Assembly (NCBI GenBank): GCA_000002445.1
Contig: CP000071.1
Span: forward strand, 256,001 to 320,000
DNA: 64,000 nucleotides
Source of the DNA: Trypanosoma brucei
Taxonomy: Eukaryota
Direction: 5' to 3'
A program made the position numbers and the translations under genes. Shown here one piece after another: positions 24,064-35,900 of this stretch (positions within the stretch are counted from its first letter, which is position 1; every line of letters starts with the position of its first letter). Below the pieces are notes generated by a model. The model did not search any database. It saw only the letters and a list, made by a program, of their open reading frames with translations, and was not told the DNA's origin.

Positions 24064-27000
24064 ACGTGTCTGTATGTGTATTTCTACTTCATTTAATTAT
24101 TCTTTTTGTCGTTTGCTTTTTTATTTTATTTTATTTCCCCCTTCTTCCTCTTTAATATTGTGGTCACTACTGCTACTTTGTGTCACTGCTTCACCTCCCA
24201 CCCTCCGCTGCGTAATATATATATATATTTATTTATTTATATTAGTTCATCAATAGTTAAACTTATTTCAATTAATTTAATATTTTATTCCTTTTTCCTT
24301 TTCTTCCTCCTCTCTTATTAATTTATCCACATATTTTTGTACTTTCCTCCCGCATTCTTTATCTTCCTTCTTTTTTTTTCTTTTTTTTTTTTAGTTACCT
24401 CTTCCGATATCTCAATCGTACAAAAACAAAAAATGTTTTCTGCGGAAGAAAAAGAAAAACAGTACAAAATCGCTGGAGAATGGAAGCAATTAACGAATAT
24501 ATAAATATAAATATAAATATGTGAAATATAAATCGAAACGAAGGGATGGAGTGGAGTGGAGTGGAATGAAATGAAGTGGTGAAAAAAAAAAAAAAAGATG
24601 TTCGGACAAAACAAAAAAATGGAGAGAAATTTTTTATTAAAAGGAAAAAAAAGAAAAAAGAAGGTGGAAAAAGGCAACAAGCACTTCACAGGAAAATAAA
24701 ACAAATATGTGCATATGCAAAAAAAAAAACAACATTAAGGGAAGGAAAATAATAATAATAATAATAATAATAACAAGGATGATAAAAGAAAAAAAATGAT
24801 TTGCGCCCTTCTTCAATTACAACTATCCACCGGAAAAAAAACACACACACCACAACATTAATGTAAGTTATGTGTAAATAAATATATTTAAATATATTTA
24901 CTTATTTATTTCATTCGTTGAAATGCACTCGCTTAGAAATAATATACCGACTCCTATTAGTTAGTGTAAGTGAGCAGTCAATGATGTGATGATCGTGTTG
25001 GAATTTTATTAAATTAAAAAAAAAGAAAAAAAGAAATGATGAAACAAAAACCAAAAGAATGATAAACATTTAAATATTTATAATATATTAAGGTGTGTTT
25101 GTGTGTTTGAATGAGTGAATAAGTGAATGAGAAAGTCAACAAATGGAAATATTCCCCTTATATATATATATATATATTCTTTTTACTTTTTATTAAAATT
25201 CCATTCACCATTCCGCCCTCTCCCACACATACACTCAACCACGCACTTACATGGAATGCACCGCGTTATACAAATACATTTTAAAAAAAAAAAATTTATT
25301 TATAAAATATATAAATTGCGTATGCACCATATCAGTGCGTGAAGAAACCATGATGGCAACTCAACACTGTTGGCAGCTTGATCTGAGACAGAGAAACAAA
25401 ACACACAACAAAAAGAAAAAAAAAGGAAACTGAGTTACAGAGTAGAAACAAAATAAAATAAAAAAAGGGGGAAAAGCACAAGAAACACTATTGACAAGCA
25501 GCCCACCTTGTACTTAAATACAAGTGCATGCACTTATTCACTTATATATTTATTAATATTTAATTCTTAACGTATATACATTTTTACATATACCCTTCCG
25601 TTACATTGCGTTAACAATCATATTACAAATCCCTTCAGTACCCAAATTCCCTTGACTTTTATTCTATCTCTTCTTTCTCTTTTTCTTTTTTTTTTAAAAA
25701 AAAGGATTTTTTTTTCTTCATTTTCTTTTGTTTTTCTATTTTATTTTATTGTTCCTTTACAATTTTTGTTCGTGTTTAATTTCCCCTTTCCTCCCAATAC
25801 ATTTATTTAGACACAAACACACAAGCGGAAACAATTTTAAGACATTGCAACACAAATATAATTTACACACATACATTGAGATGGAAATGAAATGGGGACG
25901 TAAATTAATTATTTTATTTTTTTTCAAAAAAGGAAAGTGGAACCGAGTGGAGTTTATTTGAATGAGAGAAAAAAAATTTAAAGAAAAAAAACACACAAAA
26001 AAAACTAACAAAGACGGGAAAAGGAAACAGGGGAAAAAAAAAAGCAGCAGCAGCAGCAAGAGGTGAAGCAGTGAAAATAAAAATACAACAACAAAATCGC
26101 AACAATAACAGGAAAAAAAAACAAACAAGAATAATAAGAAAAAAAAAACATTTACGGATAAGTAATGGAAAACAAAGAAAAAAAAATTATAAAAGAGCAC
26201 AAGAAAAGACAAGAGAGAGAGAGAGAGGGAAAGAAAAAAAAACAGTTAAAAAACAAATAAATAAATAATAATAATAATAACACAAACGCAAAAAACAGAG
26301 ACGAAGTAAAAAAAAGAAAAAGAAAGAAAAAGAGGAAAGCTTAAAGCAGGCATGTTAAAAATATAAGAAAAGAGCGGAATGGAGTGAAATGGAATGGGAA
26401 CAGAAGGAAGAATCGTGCTTTTATTTCTTTTAGTTGTTGTTGTTGTTTTCTTTTCTTTTTTTTTTGCATGCAACTTTTTATTTATTTGTTCGATTGTTTA
26501 ATTTAGTTCATTTCTTCTTTTAAAAAAAAATGATTCGTTTTCCTTCTTTTTCTTTCATTGGTGTTTTATTTTTGCTTTGTTTTTTTTTGTTATTATTTTT
26601 TTTAACTATTTTTTGTTCTCCCATTGCATTTTCTTTAGGTTGTGAAGTGTGACGGTGGTTACGAATGGTAAAGGGAAAAAAAGGGGGAAAAGAAAGAAAG
26701 AAAGAAAAAGAAAAATGAGGGAGAAGATAAGCAAAAAGTATTTTTCTTTTTTTTTTAAAAAAAAACAAAAGTAAAAGTAAAAGAAGGAGCAATATATCAC
26801 AAATTTCTCTGTTGTTCTTTTTTTTTCTTTTTTTTCCCCCTCTTTTCCCCTTTTTTTTTTCTGTTTCTCTTTGCTTTTATTTTTATCTCACCTTTTTTAT
26901 TTACGCCCCACCCCCCATTCCCACGTAAACACACCGTTATGTTTCATTTCAACAATCTTTCAAAAGGGAACTCCAACAGGAAGAATAATAAAGATAATAA

Positions 27001-27742
27001 AGATAATGAAAAAGAGGAAGAGGAGCAAAAGCCCACGCAGCCCTGATAAAACAGCAGGTAAACGGGGGGGGAAAAAAAGGAGCAACATCAAAAAAAAAAA
27101 GAAAGAAATCAAAATAGGAACGTGAAAAATAAATAAATAATAATAATAATAATAAAACAAAAATAGTGATCGACAGTTATGTCAAACACATAGGGATTAG
27201 TAGATAAGACAACTTAAAAGAAAAGGAAAATGGAAACCGCCAGAAAATGAAAAAAAGGAAAAGATATAAAGTCAAATATAAAAAAAAAAGGAAACAAATG
27301 TCAAAGGAAAATGACGTGCGTCAAGCGAAACATTGGCCCACTACCAATAACACCCTCTTGGTTCTACAGGTTATGGGGAAGAAAAACAATAAACGAACAA
27401 GATAAGCAATAAAGGAAAAGAACAAAAAAAAACGAAAAACGAAAAGAACCCAGTCGGGTGGAGGAAACAGGAATAAACAAGAACGTAGGAGAAAACGAAA
27501 ACGAAAGTAAAGAAAATAATAAAGCAGATGCTCCTCCTGTCGCGGCAACGAGGAAACATCCATATCATGTCCCCTTCGGAACACTCTCGGGGGGGAATAC
27601 AAACGGAAACTCTCATATTTATGCGCAATCTCCAAAATGAAAACTTCCACTCTAACTTCTTGTTCGGTCGATTGGTTTTACTCCTCGTCAGGCTCATGTC
27701 CGTGTAACGTAACAGGTATTAAAATTGGAGAAGGAAAAGAGT
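15263..27742. other. 12.5-kb ORF-free, AT-rich, microsatellite-dense tract inside the unidirectional cluster
   Basis: The region has no ORF over 150 aa, and the few ORFs of 100-151 aa are poly-F/L/K low-complexity strings. It contains (CA)n, (TTTA)n, (AAT)n, (TA)n, (CAG)n and poly-A/T tracts. Confidence 0.7.
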
Positions 27743-29140
27743 TTAATTGAAGCGACATCCCATGGGCAACGTTGTCGGCATAACAGGTGTGGTAAATAAC
27801 TGTTGTTGCGGGTGTTGGTTGGTAATAAAAACTTGCCTCGTTGAATTGGGTTGAAGCTGCTGCTGAATGTACGCTTGAGGTTGCACCTGCTGGAGCTGAT
27901 TTGTACTTATAGCCATCATACACGACTGCTGTCCACCAGGTTGAACAATTGCATACCCCTGCGGTGGGCGGGAAATGTTGGAGTATTGTTGTGTAACGAA
28001 CTGCTGGGGTTGAGCCAATTGCTGCGGCTGGAGTTGCTGAGGCGGAGCCTTCCAAACGTATTGCATTACCTGTTGCTGCTGTTGTTGCTGGGAAAAGTCA
28101 CGAAGGTCCTGACCTATTGGGCTTTGCACGCTACCCACCTGACTAATTTGCTGGGTTGGTACCATCACCATCTGGCATCCAGTGGAACCATTTACATTTT
28201 GCACAGGTGTTAGGAACTGCACATAACCCGGTGGCGGTGCAGATGTCCCGGAAGCGAGGGACGGAGTGGCCTGAAGGCGCTGAGTTGCCCCTGGTGCCGA
28301 AGTTGCCATCGGCGAAGGAGGAGCCGCAAAGGATTGAACCATTTGATTCAAACCAACTGCCGGCGTAAACGCACCACTCAAGGCGGTTTGTTGCTGCTGT
28401 GGAACTACCGCAGGCCGTTTCTGCATGGAAACCGACAATAAACTCGAGGGGACAATTTGTGTTCCCATAGAGTACACGCCACCAGGCATCTGCACGATGG
28501 ATTGAACCCCTGCTGAGGCCCGAGCAACTTGTGGGTTGGCCAACGGCATTTGCTGCGCCACAGGCATCTGTGCGTGTTTCGATCGCTCCCCAACCCACTC
28601 GTAGGGAGGCGGGCAATCCTCCTGCGGATTATATGACGGAAGAGTTCGCTGGCCCGTACCGGCAGGCGGCTGATCATAACCGGCCACGGGATTTGCAGAG
28701 ACCAGAGCAGGTGGAGAAGTTGCGGAGGGTTCAGTCACACTCATCACACCGGGGGTTGGCGGCTCACTGGAACTCAGCGGCTGAGAGAAGCGCGAATATG
28801 CACTGAGTAGGCTCTTTGAGTCTACCTGATCCAACGTTCGTGACGTTTCAAAGGTCGAGTGACCGGACTCTTGAGAAACAAGGAGAGATTTGGAATCCTT
28901 CGAGCGTAACATCGCCTCAGTGTCCAGGGCCGTGTGAAGATGATTTGCAGCACCCTCTGGTACAACAGCCGTCGATGCAGGAGCCGCTGCCCCGGACCTC
29001 GCTTTGCGCATTACCATTATGTTGTCATCATCATCATCATCATCGTTCATTTGCCGTGTGAGGCTCTCCGTGATGGTGTCAAGATTATCTCGGTCATCGG
29101 AGGTGCAGAGAAACATCGTATCGTAATTGAATTCAGTCAT
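27743..29140 (-). CDS. Hypothetical Gln/Pro-rich protein with a PPPY (PY) motif and an acidic D7 run (465 aa from first ATG)
   Basis: Long ORF. The track start (29209) is a TTG; the first ATG (MTEFNYDTMF) is at 29140. It contains QQQQQQ runs, PPPYEW, and DDDDDDD. Confidence 0.5.
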   Translation of the reverse strand: MTEFNYDTMFLCTSDDRDNLDTITESLTRQMNDDDDDDDNIMVMRKARSGAAAPASTAVVPEGAANHLHTALDTEAMLRSKDSKSLLVSQESGHSTFETSRTLDQVDSKSLLSAYSRFSQPLSSSEPPTPGVMSVTEPSATSPPALVSANPVAGYDQPPAGTGQRTLPSYNPQEDCPPPYEWVGERSKHAQMPVAQQMPLANPQVARASAGVQSIVQMPGGVYSMGTQIVPSSLLSVSMQKRPAVVPQQQQTALSGAFTPAVGLNQMVQSFAAPPSPMATSAPGATQRLQATPSLASGTSAPPPGYVQFLTPVQNVNGSTGCQMVMVPTQQISQVGSVQSPIGQDLRDFSQQQQQQQVMQYVWKAPPQQLQPQQLAQPQQFVTQQYSNISRPPQGYAIVQPGGQQSCMMAISTNQLQQVQPQAYIQQQLQPNSTRQVFITNQHPQQQLFTTPVMPTTLPMGCRFN

Positions 29141-29873
29141 TGGTATAGGACTCAATGGACCGCAGTACAAATAACAATAGGATGCTATAGACGGAAAGAA
29201 GGCTTGCAACCTTTGCCCACGCTCGTCTCCAAATCAAATAATCCTTTTCCACAGATGCTTTCTTTTCCTCTTCCTCCTGTTGCTCTCACAGCTTCTTCGA
29301 CAACAATGCAGAAAAAAGACTTCTGCCTTTTCCTAGTCCTTTACTCTGTTTGTCTGTTTGTTTGTTTGTTTTTTTTTAATTTTTTCTTTACAATTTGTTT
29401 TTTGTGTGTGTGGTTTTTCTTGGCTTCCTTCAAAAATGATGATTTTCTGTTCTGTATTTTTTTTAGCTTTTTTTTCTCTTTAAGCAGTACCTTCTTCTCA
29501 ATTCGCTTCCCTTCTTTATCGCTCGTGTATCTGTTGCTTTTTTTTCTTGATAATCTACAAGAATTTAAATGCAAGTTGGAGAATATTTTACAAAAAAAAA
29601 AGGTCGAAATGAGAAGTAGCGGGGATGTTATCAATGCATTTTGTATCTCGAAGCGTAAGAACAGCTGGCAAAACAGACGGAGCTGCCAAATGGGGGAAGT
29701 AAACCTATTCAAGAAATAAACAAACACTACTAAAATTGCGAAACAGTTTGTAAAGATCAGGCATATGGAAGTCGAAAAAAAAAACACTCGGAAACCATGA
29801 AAGTTAAAAAGAGCGAGGGAATGTTTTTCAGTCAGCACCGCAAAACAAAACAAAACAACAATTCCACTCGTCT

Positions 29874-30356
29874 CTACTCCCCATCATTGAAAGGTGGTGC
29901 ACCAGCTTCAGTAATAGCATACATACGTGCAAGTGAGTTATAACCCATTACGTCTCCTGCGCGTAGCAAATTTCCCGCGTCGCAGTTGAAGGGGCTTCTG
30001 GCGTCAGGTTCCGTTAGCAAACTAATGATTGCACGACAAACACTGGAAATAGTCCACGCAGGAGACCACCGACTTTTCAAAATATCAAGGCACACAGCGC
30101 CCGTATCGAAGTTAACATTAGGATGAAAAACTTTCGTCACAAACCACGCAACGGGAGGCACCATTGGGTAATCCGGTGGTATTTGTAAACGAAGACAAAA
30201 ACTACCACCTTCATACGGTGTGTCTGGAGGTCCATCTAACACCGCTTCCCATGAAAATAAATTATTTGATTCCGCCAGCTTTAGCACAACATCATTGTCA
30301 GGGTCACGCTGAACTTCTTTTAGCTCTTTCGAAAGCCGGCTGATGGGGCACGGCAT
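29874..30356 (-). CDS. Ubiquitin-conjugating enzyme E2 (UBC fold), 160 aa from ATG at 30356; an alternative upstream ATG at 30392 would add 12 aa
   Basis: HPN motif followed by the catalytic Cys (FHPNVNFDTGAVCLDIL) and an E2 N-terminal helix (RLSKELKEVQRDP). The track start at 30446 is a TTG. Confidence 0.88.
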   Translation of the reverse strand: MPCPISRLSKELKEVQRDPDNDVVLKLAESNNLFSWEAVLDGPPDTPYEGGSFCLRLQIPPDYPMVPPVAWFVTKVFHPNVNFDTGAVCLDILKSRWSPAWTISSVCRAIISLLTEPDARSPFNCDAGNLLRAGDVMGYNSLARMYAITEAGAPPFNDGE

Positions 30357-31094
30357 AACAACAGTTATTAAACTCCTACAAACTCTACACATATCATCAC
30401 AGAGGTTTTTTAAAAAAAAAAATGTAAGAAGCTCAATTACGTACAAACAGGAAGTTAGTTACACAAATTGAAGCTTGTAATAAGAAACACAACAATAGCG
30501 TAAAAGGAATACATGACAGGCAAAAGCCTACAACTCCACAACAAAGGCATAATACAGTTGTATGTATAAACCAATTAGAGAAAGTTGGATTGTTTGTTTT
30601 TTTTTTTTTTAAGGCCAAACAAACACAGTTCCCCACAAAAAAAGTTTCTTCACCCACACAATTAAAAAAAAAGGAACAGCTCCCCCCCCAAAAAAAAAAA
30701 ACTGCTCTCTTTCGCATCAAACCGACAAGGAAAACGCACCGAAATCTACAGGAGTGGAAAAAAAACAATAATATAAAATTTTAAAAAAAGAAAAAAAATA
30801 CAATCCTTTACAACTCTCCAAAAAAAAATTTTAGATGAAGAAAAAAAGTGTATAATACTCTTAAAAACAGGCTTTGCATGGAACTGAAAAAAATATTTAA
30901 AAAAAAAGTTGCAAACACAGAGGTAGTTAAAAAAAAAATACAAAGTATATAACATTACAACTCTAGTTTTTTTTAATTGGCAACGATAAAACCATAACGA
31001 GAAGCCTTAAGTAACACCCAACAATGACACGTTTGCGTGTATGTAATCCCTCACGCTAATCCTTGGCTGCTACACCGAAACGGTACTACTTGGA

Positions 31095-32507
31095 CTACAA
31101 AAGACCAACTAATGTGAAAGTAAGGGAAAATAATAATAAGCGTAAATTGTGGTTCTTATTGCTTGCTGCACTTCCCATTGAAGACAAACGACCTTCACCA
31201 AACTCGATCAGAGAAGCAACTCCAGCCACCTCCATCGTTTTATTCAGTTTGACCTCTTTTCTCCGCACGGCAATGCTGGCAATAGTAATCAGCTGTGTGG
31301 ATGTATTCAGATCTTCAAGCATATGAGAGACCACACGTGTGTCACTCTCCAGTCGCTCCGAGAGATTTGGAAAGTTGTCCATAAGTTTCTTCCTCATATC
31401 ATCCAGAGATTTGGGTGTCACCACCCAAGCTGTTTCCCCGCACACCTCAGCAGCCTTCTTTGCTTTCTCATCTGCAGCATTTCCAGCTATCTTCCTTAGC
31501 GTATTTTCCATGAGTGGTAGGTAATGAGCCCTTATACTTTTGAGATTCCTTGCATACCTGCTTACCTTCTTAAACACATTCTGTGCTTTACTTACTGCTT
31601 TCGCAACCTCAGCAACGGCCCGCTTCACCTGATCCATGTGTCCCCCCGGACGCTTTGCATCCGCTTGGCTCCGTTCCTCCACTTTAGAAACCATTGCAGA
31701 ACGGCTCACAGCTTGCTCCGTGAATGCGTCCACTGCACCTTTTAGGCCTCTGTACTGCTCAACCATCAAACACACTGCTTGTGTCTGATTCAGAGTAAGA
31801 TTGTACTTTCTGGTGATAGAGGCCTTTGTTCCCTCGACCAGTTCCTTCACCGTAGACTCACCTTTGAGCGCCACCGACCTCCAAGTAACGACATTGTAGA
31901 GCACAAACTCCAGCTTCCACAGCTCCCCGGAACTTTCCCGGGTGTCATCCTCCAAACCTTCCGAAGCACCCTCAGGTAACGTACTAAACAACTCCAACAG
32001 CGTACCGTTAAGGGAATCGGAAGACACGCTTTCAGCAGCTCCCTTGCATTTTTCAGCCGCGCTCCTGACTCTCCAATTGGAATTGTGTCCTGCCACCTCC
32101 TTCAACATGCGCTCTAACGCTGCTATACGATTGCTCCTGATCTCTTCAATATTCTCCGCCCTAAACTCAGTCTCAATGGATGCGGTTTCAGCTTTCTTGG
32201 CGGCCTCAGTAACGTTGGAAGCAACACGCTTCGCACGCTCGACGGGATCGGTGGCATTTCTGTTCTCCCACAAGACATCCTCAGCCAAAGTTACATATTC
32301 ATCACTCCGAGTCTTGGCATTCGATATCTTCAATGATTCGGTAGTTATCCAATATTTTAGGTCACGGACGGCATCTTTCAGTCCCCTGAACTGCTTCAGA
32401 GCATTACACAATGTAACAGTTTGCTCAAGTGTAAGATTATTGTTCTTACCAACAGCAAATGGCATGCACAGGAGTACAACTGCTGTGAAACAGGTGAATC
32501 GCGTCAT
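31095..32507 (-). CDS. Ala/Lys-rich predicted alpha-helical secreted protein with signal peptide and C-terminal hydrophobic GPI-anchor-type tail (array copy 1, 470 aa)
   Basis: The track start is a TTG; the first ATG gives MTRFTCFTAVVLLCMPFAVG, a classic signal peptide. The body is helix-favouring (A, K, E, L) with several NxS/T sites. The C-terminus GSAASNKNHNLRLLLFSLTFTLVGLL looks like an omega site plus hydrophobic tail. Confidence 0.8.
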   Translation of the reverse strand: MTRFTCFTAVVLLCMPFAVGKNNNLTLEQTVTLCNALKQFRGLKDAVRDLKYWITTESLKISNAKTRSDEYVTLAEDVLWENRNATDPVERAKRVASNVTEAAKKAETASIETEFRAENIEEIRSNRIAALERMLKEVAGHNSNWRVRSAAEKCKGAAESVSSDSLNGTLLELFSTLPEGASEGLEDDTRESSGELWKLEFVLYNVVTWRSVALKGESTVKELVEGTKASITRKYNLTLNQTQAVCLMVEQYRGLKGAVDAFTEQAVSRSAMVSKVEERSQADAKRPGGHMDQVKRAVAEVAKAVSKAQNVFKKVSRYARNLKSIRAHYLPLMENTLRKIAGNAADEKAKKAAEVCGETAWVVTPKSLDDMRKKLMDNFPNLSERLESDTRVVSHMLEDLNTSTQLITIASIAVRRKEVKLNKTMEVAGVASLIEFGEGRLSSMGSAASNKNHNLRLLLFSLTFTLVGLL

Positions 32508-32900
32508 TTGGCTCAACTCTCTCTTGGATGTGGAAATCTTGGAATGATGTTTCGTCTACAAAATGGTAAGGAAAGATAGCAACAAAAGTTGATACTATGC
32601 ATGAAATGACACGGAGAAAATGAGACCAACTGGAAGCCATAATTAGTCACTTATGCACAAGGCACAACATCTTTACGGAAAACACAACTAAAGTCGTTGA
32701 CATACATGGACTACACAACACAGAAGCAGTGATGTATATGACAGTATGCCTCAGTCACACTTCCATATGTGCATGCACGCTCATAAGCATTGCCAACTTT
32801 CTTGTTGTTCGTATCTTATCCATTCATAAAACATCCCCAACAGAGTGGCATCCATTGACAGCATGCGGTAATAAGTGCCTCCAGCAGCTGTCAGACAAGA

Positions 32901-35900
32901 TTAGTTGTGCGACGAATCACATGAGAGAGAAACATTGCTTTCCTCATCGTGATTGGGATACGCCTGCGCTTCGTCGACGGATGCCGCATGCGGATTATGA
33001 AAAGGTGGTGTGTCGTATACAGGCAGCACAGTGACTCCTTCACCGTCAACATGGGTGTGCCCGCTGTAATTTATAGTGTCTCTGCCACGAGTCGCAGTTG
33101 AGTTGAAGGGAAGCACAACGGCTTGGGGTAGTGGTAGAGGAATCGAGCGCATGGCCTGCTGCAAACGGACATAATCACTAAACTCGGCATCAACTATCGC
33201 CTGCCACTCCTCTTCCTCCCAGTTCACGAGCCGCATACGCCGCCCAGCCTCGCTTTCAAGCATAAACGTCGACTCCTCGTAGAAGTGCTGTGTAGTGGTG
33301 TAACTCATCATGTCATAACTCGTGAGCCGCGACGTATCATGAACGTCCGTCGACATCTCTGACATGGTATCATGAACGGAAACCTCGATTTCCTCACGTG
33401 TTTGCGATTGCAAGCGCCGACGCTGTGAGGCACGCCTCATATAAATGGCATTCAGCAGGTCCGGGTGATCTGCCGGTACAGTCACAGGTATTGGATTGAC
33501 ATTCACACCCCTGCCAGTCGGACCCTCATACATGCTGAATTCTCCACTGTAGTCAAATTGTAGTTCCAGTTCCTTTGCATCCACGCGGATACGCTCAATA
33601 CCGTCTGTAAAGACAAGCGCCATGTTGTAGCGGTCCCTCGCCTCCTGTAATGCGATCTGATCACGATCATCACACTCTTGCTCCTCGACAGAAGTCCAGT
33701 CCGCCCTCCCAGGAAAGTCACCGCCCCACGCAAAGTCGTCAACACCCGATGTCATGCCATCGATCATCGTCCTCGCGGTGGTATTGGTATTGGGGGAACC
33801 ATCACCAGAGTAGAACCCCAGAAGCAGTGGGTTGTTACCGCTTTCCAAATATTCGGGGTCGGGAGATGTTCCACTGATACAAGACATGTCGAGATTGTCC
33901 AGCTGCATCTTATCTGCAACGACAAGTTGTCGCTCCTCCTTCTCCTTAGAGCAGCATCGTCGCAAAAAGCACACGGCAAGCAACAACAGCAGCAGAAACA
34001 GCAACACAGCTGCCACAATAATGGCAATCACCGCCCCCATTCCCAATGGACCCCAAGCAGACCCACCACATATATCCCCACTTGCCTTCACATTACCCAA
34101 AGTAACGCAGTAGGTATTGTCTGTGAGGTCCCATGCGCAAACACTGAACTCCGTGCCCGCGGGGTAGTCTCTAATTTTGTTGTGGTTCATCCTCAACTTA
34201 CACTTGCCATCTGAGCCCTCACTGGCTTCCCCGACGGTGACGCCCTTGTCAGTGGGGTTGCAACAGTCACCCTTGATCACACGCACAACCGTCTGGCGGT
34301 GGGAAGAGTCCGGTGCACGGCACGACTCGAGTGGTGTCACCTTACAAGGTTCCACTATCGAAGGAAATACACTGACGGGTGGAATGAAGCGGAGGCTAGA
34401 GCTCAAAGGGACACTGACGACTGAACGGTTGACAGGAGTGGTAGCGCAGAAATATATCGAGTCCGTACCATTTTGCGCGGTAACAGAAACACGGCGGGCG
34501 CTTGCCGCGTCATCATCACCCACCAGTGCCCAACTTCCATGTGATTCATTTCGACGCAGGCAACTTCTGTCTGTGCTAAAACCGGGAAGCAAGCTCTCAG
34601 CATACAGGTCGTCCATCAAGTACAGAACGCCAGGAACACCAAGAAGGACGTCTCTCCCACGAATATTGTAATACGTAGGGTCAAATGTCTCAATCTGCGC
34701 AATCGGGAGGAGCTGCTTTGCCGAAGCAACACGTGCTGCTATCCCATTAGCGCTTATTTTCACAATTTTGGGACGCGTCGCACTGCCGTCAAAAACCTCC
34801 TGGCAGAGCGTCCACACACCCGCGGATGGTAACCCGGCCGCATTCACGTTCTTGAACGATATATTACCACGCGCCTCCTCGTCAGTCGTAAAGAATGGCA
34901 CCACGTCCTCACCACCACAGGAAGCATCTCGCCGCAGACGAAATGCTGAGTTTGGCGACAGAGGAATGTACACCTCTGCCTCCGTCCCCAGAACAAATGA
35001 CGACGGAAAGATGATATCAGTAGAAACCTCCACTTCCGATACAACACTGAGGTTCCCGGCGGGGGTCCCAACGCACAACGACACGGAAGGCAACCTCCCT
35101 GGAATGAAGGTCGGACCCAGTACAACGCTGCCGCTCGGCCGCACGTAACCCACAGAGTTCCCCGTCAGAGTGGTTGCGCACGCATTTTCGGAGAGATATA
35201 CGCCACGAAAGTCGGAGTTGTGTAGATACGCAAGTGGGTTCTCTGCGTCTTCCCCGGGCACTAACGAGTACAATGGCTTTGCTCCAGAGACCACAGGTGT
35301 CTGCAGTTTTGCGTGAAACCGAGCAGTGGGAACCGCCGCAGGATCGATCTTCTTCACGATGGGCGGAGTTATGATGAGAACCTCCGCTACTGGTATTGGA
35401 GGCGAGGTGGGTTGTTCCCCCAATACACATACACATTTCACGCCTGAGATACCTATTAGCGTAACCGCCTCCTCAACTGGGGTCTCTGCAAGACCGGGGG
35501 CCGCCACAATCTTCTCGCCACACACCGCGCAATCGCTTAGGTACGTGTCCGGTGTTCGGGTAGCGTAGTTCATCACTAAGTTCGCAGGCCCTAGCACCTC
35601 GCTGTCGCTATCCACACGTCCATGAATGCTAGGGTTCACAACACGGAAGTTTTCCACTGAAAGCGTCGGGCCATCTGTTGTGAAGACATACCCAGGATCC
35701 CTTATTGTGTGTGTACACACATAAAACGTAAGATTCCGATTGTACCGTGGCGTCATTGTGGCTCTGCTCTGACTAAGTACTCCATTGCAGTCACTCCTTG
35801 TGGAAAGAAAGGGACTGGTAAGGATCGCCTTGTCAATGCCATAGTCGGTTACTTGTTTCGCTGGAAGCGCCGTCACCGGCCGTACCGCAGGCTGCTTTCC

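Noticed and set aside
24541-24580. GGAGT/GGAAT-like pentamer reiteration (also near 26376) resembling satellite DNA
   Set aside because: There are only 3 to 5 imperfect units. It is most likely incidental purine-rich low complexity and not a satellite array or centromeric repeat.
15263-27742. Numerous 60 to 151-aa ORFs in the desert (e.g. 16291..16674, 17299..17706, 25757..26212)
   Set aside because: They are poly-F/L/K/I low-complexity translations of AT-rich and homopolymer DNA, with no domain-like sequence.
28143-28616. 157-aa minus-strand ORF inside the Q-rich gene in another frame
   Set aside because: It is fully nested within the longer ORF in another frame, and the longer ORF is the better candidate.
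31942-32547. 201-aa plus-strand ORF (and many similar ones such as 33678..34214, 37395..37940, 39025..39411 and their +10,427 copies) overlapping the array genes
   Set aside because: These are antisense shadow ORFs inside long, GC-rich minus-strand coding regions. They recur only because the underlying DNA is duplicated, and they have no independent coding signal.
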